Shown in pieces: positions 62,101 to 64,000 of a stretch of DNA of 64,000 bases. The stretch lies in assembly GCA_051362555.1 (NCBI GenBank), contig CM120641.1, positions 32,432,401 through 32,496,400 of the forward strand. The letters run 5' to 3'. How positions within the stretch are numbered: position 1 is the first letter of the stretch; the number at the start of each line of letters is the position of its first letter. Below the pieces are notes generated by a model. It saw nothing but the letters and a program-made list of their open reading frames with translations, searched no databases and was not told the DNA's origin. Both the position numbers and the translations under genes were made by a program. Source of the DNA: Lingula anatina (Eukaryota; Animalia; Brachiopoda).

Positions 62101-63696
62101 TGATAAATTTTCCAAGACCTGACATTGAAGAAACAAAGCAAAAACTGATGAATGAATTTACAAGAAAAAAGAAAGGAACTGTTTGTTTCTCCAATTATTG
62201 CATAAATGACAAAAGATAGATATTCTAGGAAATATCAATGCCAGCAGTTCATTGACTCAGAGAGCAACGCAATTTAAGAACATCTAATACCCTACACCTT
62301 CCACTGCCGTGACCTCTTATGAACCCTTTTTAATACTCAATCAGTGTCAATATTTTTCTTACACATTTGAAGGTGGAAAATTGTACAAATTTGTTTAAAA
62401 AGTATGAAATATTCAGGCACCATTGTCTAAAAGCAATCGATATGGGAGGTTTCTTTTGCTAGGTTAAGGTTAATATCCCAACAGATATAGGTCAAAGAGC
62501 TGTCTTGATGGATGAAGGGATTACCAATCTGGCTCTGTAGAGAGTATAAACAATAGGTTACAGAGACAAGGATAGAATGCTTATACCATCAAGTTTAGTT
62601 GTCAATAAACATATCACAATGATAGAGTGATAGGGAGTTTATCAGATCTATCGTAGTAAAACACTGAAACTATGGAATTGATTTTTGACAGAAGGGGAGG
62701 GGGATAAGCTGAAAACTGGAAAAGTTTGTCAAGAAAAATCATTAGAAGCCAGCTGTAAAGTTTCTGGCTGAGAACGTGGCAGGTGCATCAAGGTGGCCCT
62801 GGGAGGGTGTCTAACCAGCGCCATGCTATACCTGGGTAATGGGCTGCCATTGAGAATTCAGGTTCCTTGTGTGAGGTAATTAAAACCACAGAAAACAATT
62901 CAGTATTTGCTAATACAGAGCAGAGCTGAAGGCAGCACTGGCAGACACTTCTTATGCTTGATGTGGTTGAGGAGTTAGAGGAAAAAGTTGGTCGAATTTT
63001 AGAATTGTTCAAGCTTCTCGTGCCATGCAGATGTATAGTAGCGGCAGGGATCCGGGGACCATGCTTTTGTTCCCTGGGTATTGGAATTATCAGGTAGAAA
63101 ATATGTCTTTTTAAGTTATACTGAAATTTGGCACAAAAATTCAGCATAGGAAGGGATGGGTAAGATATTTTTGTTGTAATGCTGGTATGATGTAGGTGCT
63201 TTAAACATGCATTTTCAATTTATTTTTCAACATAGAAATAAATATACAGTTTGTCTTTGTGGGTGTTAAGGACAAAAATAGGTTAAGAAGCAGCATCTTT
63301 TTCGATAGTGTTTTTGCAAAGATTAGGTATTCAGAAGCATGAGGGAAAGGAAGTGTAATAGATTAAGACATGTAGACAAAAGCTGCCAGGCTCATGCAGT
63401 CTTTGAAAATTTGGAATAGGTATTTTATGACTCATGAATTTCAATGGTGACTCAGAGCTGAAGGGAAAAAAGTTCAGTTTAAATGCTATCACTAAACCAT
63501 TAGAAAAATTATACGAAGTGCATTAATATGTAGTGTTTTTTCCATAACACCAAAATATTCTTTAAAAAAAAGGTTTTTTCAGATTTAAATGATTGATTTT
63601 TTTTTTTTTTTTTTCAGATATATTCCACTGACCATACAAATAGTAGTTATGGTTCAAACCCCTCCACACCAGTTTCCTCACCGCCCCCAATGTCAG
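20095..63696 (+). CDS. TCF12: Class I bHLH E-protein (daughterless / TCF3-TCF4-TCF12 orthologue), N-terminal about 337 aa; join(20095-20139,22957-23047,39843-39913,40190-40274,42384-42439,43685-43799,45283-45335,59030-59108,61357-61493,61798-61998,63618-63696); continues beyond the window
   Basis: The exons chain in frame and encode hallmark E-protein motifs: DKELSDLLDFSAMFSPPV (AD1/PCET), [51 protein letters not shown]. Exon order parallels vertebrate TCF12/TCF4. Invertebrates usually have one E-protein gene, so the symbol is nominal. Confidence 0.93.
22957..23047 (+). CDS. TCF12: E-protein exon (MFSPPVGPNAMKTPGQGGMESGNIYPPGYKG)
   Basis: ttacag acceptor, AAG/gttagt donor; MFSPPV is conserved in TCF4/TCF12. 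Confidence 0.92.
27760..29645. promoter_or_regulatory. E-box cluster, candidate intronic enhancer
   Basis: 11 CAGATG/CATCTG and 7 CACCTG/CAGGTG sites counted by eye in about 1.9 kb, plus further CANNTG sites. Confidence 0.6.
39252..39533. repeat. Tandem duplication, two diverged copies of about 136-145 bp
   Basis: TAGATATACATGA..CACCAAAT..AAGGTTGT..ATTCCTTTGTCATTCCATCCA..TTTAATTTTTATATAGAA..ATTTCAAT.AGCTA starts at 39252 and again at 39388. Confidence 0.85.
39843..39913 (+). CDS. TCF12: E-protein exon (GMDDTGGGGGVIYNSHPGQGFDTR)
   Basis: tctgtag acceptor, AGG/gtaagt donor; supplies the required phase 1 to 0 bridge. Confidence 0.85.
40190..40274 (+). CDS. TCF12: E-protein exon (GYNGQSYNGHISDISHPFMNNSEMPGLI)
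   Basis: tcatttcag acceptor, gtaagt donor; PFMN motif as in TCF12. Confidence 0.87.
42384..42439 (+). CDS. TCF12: E-protein exon (NKNDLPYRYSREGGMPGGQ)
   Basis: tttgcag acceptor, CAG/gtaatg donor; phase 1 to 0. Confidence 0.87.
43685..43799 (+). CDS. TCF12: E-protein exon (SMLNNSVPMSPASSLSPVDKQPGSPYYPYSKRPDEHRP)
   Basis: Long pyrimidine tract plus gcag acceptor, CAG/gtaggg donor; PGSPYY motif. Confidence 0.88.
45283..45335 (+). CDS. TCF12: E-protein exon with basic NLS-like segment (GARGGKLPTGPNKRKSGG)
   Basis: cctcttttag acceptor, GGG/gtaagt donor; phase 1 to 0, at the position of the vertebrate KKVRK exon. Confidence 0.85.
48403..48443. repeat. Compound (TG)n(AG)n microsatellite
   Basis: Direct reading. 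Confidence 0.85.
51485..51670. repeat. Inverted repeat / MITE-like foldback, about 186 bp
   Basis: The left arm ATAAGA..AAAAAATTATTTAAACTCTTCCTCCATTTTATT pairs with the right arm AATTAAAATTGGAGGAAGAGTTTGAATAATTTTTTAAATCTTAT; inner ACAAACA/TGTTTGT also pair. Confidence 0.75.
59030..59108 (+). CDS. TCF12: E-protein exon ([26 protein letters not shown])
   Basis: tctttgcag acceptor, TGG/gtaagt donor; corresponds to the vertebrate ..ESPSYPSPKP..FFM segment. Confidence 0.9.
59120..61120 (+). mobile_element. Helentron-associated non-autonomous element (HINE / DINE-1-like), about 2 kb
   Basis: T-rich 5' flank; palindrome ATGTACAGACAC-agat-GTGTCTGTACAT (59131-59158); (GTCGCC)n microsatellite; internal tandem repeats; 3' subterminal repeat TGTCTGTACAT (61078-61088); short hairpin GACAGC-ttt-GCTGCC (61091-61105); T-run. 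Confidence 0.85.
59303..59850. repeat. Tandem array, 159-160 bp unit, about 3.4 near-identical copies, inside the HINE
   Basis: CAGGTCAAGTT recurs at 59310, 59469, 59628 and 59788. Confidence 0.93.
61357..61493 (+). CDS. TCF12: E-protein exon (DGTHSSTDWPSGSLAPSSYPSSMLPSTPHYSQPTSYSSIQHPHEAL)
   Basis: tgtttcag acceptor, CTG/gtaagt donor; DGTH..D.W as in TCF12. Confidence 0.9.
61798..61998 (+). CDS. TCF12: E-protein exon (GYTMSPAQHG...LPPLSTFR...NGSD...[10 protein letters not shown])
   Basis: ttttcag acceptor, gtgagt donor; lies within ORF 61693-62058. Confidence 0.93.
63618..63696 (+). CDS. TCF12: E-protein exon ([26 protein letters not shown])
   Basis: Poly-T plus cag acceptor, CAG/gtaaat donor; conserved IYSxDH..[9 protein letters not shown] motif. 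Confidence 0.93.
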
Positions 63697-64000
63697 GTAA
63701 ATAAGTTTGTATAGTGTAAAAACTTTGAAGCAGTGATAAATGATTTCTTGTAATGGTAAGACAATTGCAATGCCTTTGTTCTTGACAAGTTACACTGGTA
63801 AGGATGCCGGTTCTTGACTTGAACAAAATTAAAATAAAAAAAAATCTACATTGTTTTAGTGTAAATGTGTTTTGTCTTTTACTCTCCTGTAATTTACTCA
63901 CTGTATGTGTCACTCATATTATATTTGGTTTGATAAATAAAAAAATTATGTTTGATTTATCCTGTTGGTTTAATTGGCAATGATTTCCTTCCCCCTTCTT

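Noticed and set aside
62788-63147. 119-aa minus-strand ORF in an E-protein intron
   Set aside because: No recognisable domain or splice context; low-complexity translation.

Overview
AT-rich animal genomic DNA with spliceosomal GT-AG introns. A lophotrochozoan, probably mollusc, origin is inferred from the Helentron/HINE-type repeat and the E-protein sequence. Two + strand multi-exon genes were reconstructed by hand. (1) The 3' part of a MYCBP-associated protein gene (MYCBPAP; 14 core coding exons, 295-11975) with three extra frame-preserving phase-1 cassette/micro-exons. (2) The 5' part of a class I bHLH E-protein gene (daughterless/TCF3/TCF4/TCF12 family): CpG-retaining promoter at about 14.8-15.6 kb and 11 coding exons at 20095-63696 (about 337 codons), from the AD1/PCET motif ELSDLLDFSAMF to [16 protein letters not shown]. 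The bHLH domain lies beyond the window. Most ORFs in the supplied track are spurious or partial exon overlaps. The most striking signals: a dense cluster of 18 CAGATG/CACCTG-class E-boxes in 1.9 kb of the E-protein gene's own intron (candidate autoregulatory enhancer); a series of phase-matched candidate alternative first exons in the two largest introns, resembling the vertebrate TCF4/HEBAlt architecture; a complete HINE with three tiers of internal tandem repeat filling one intron; and a MITE with a 5-bp TSD. All calls come from reading the sequence only, and homologue sequences were recalled from memory.
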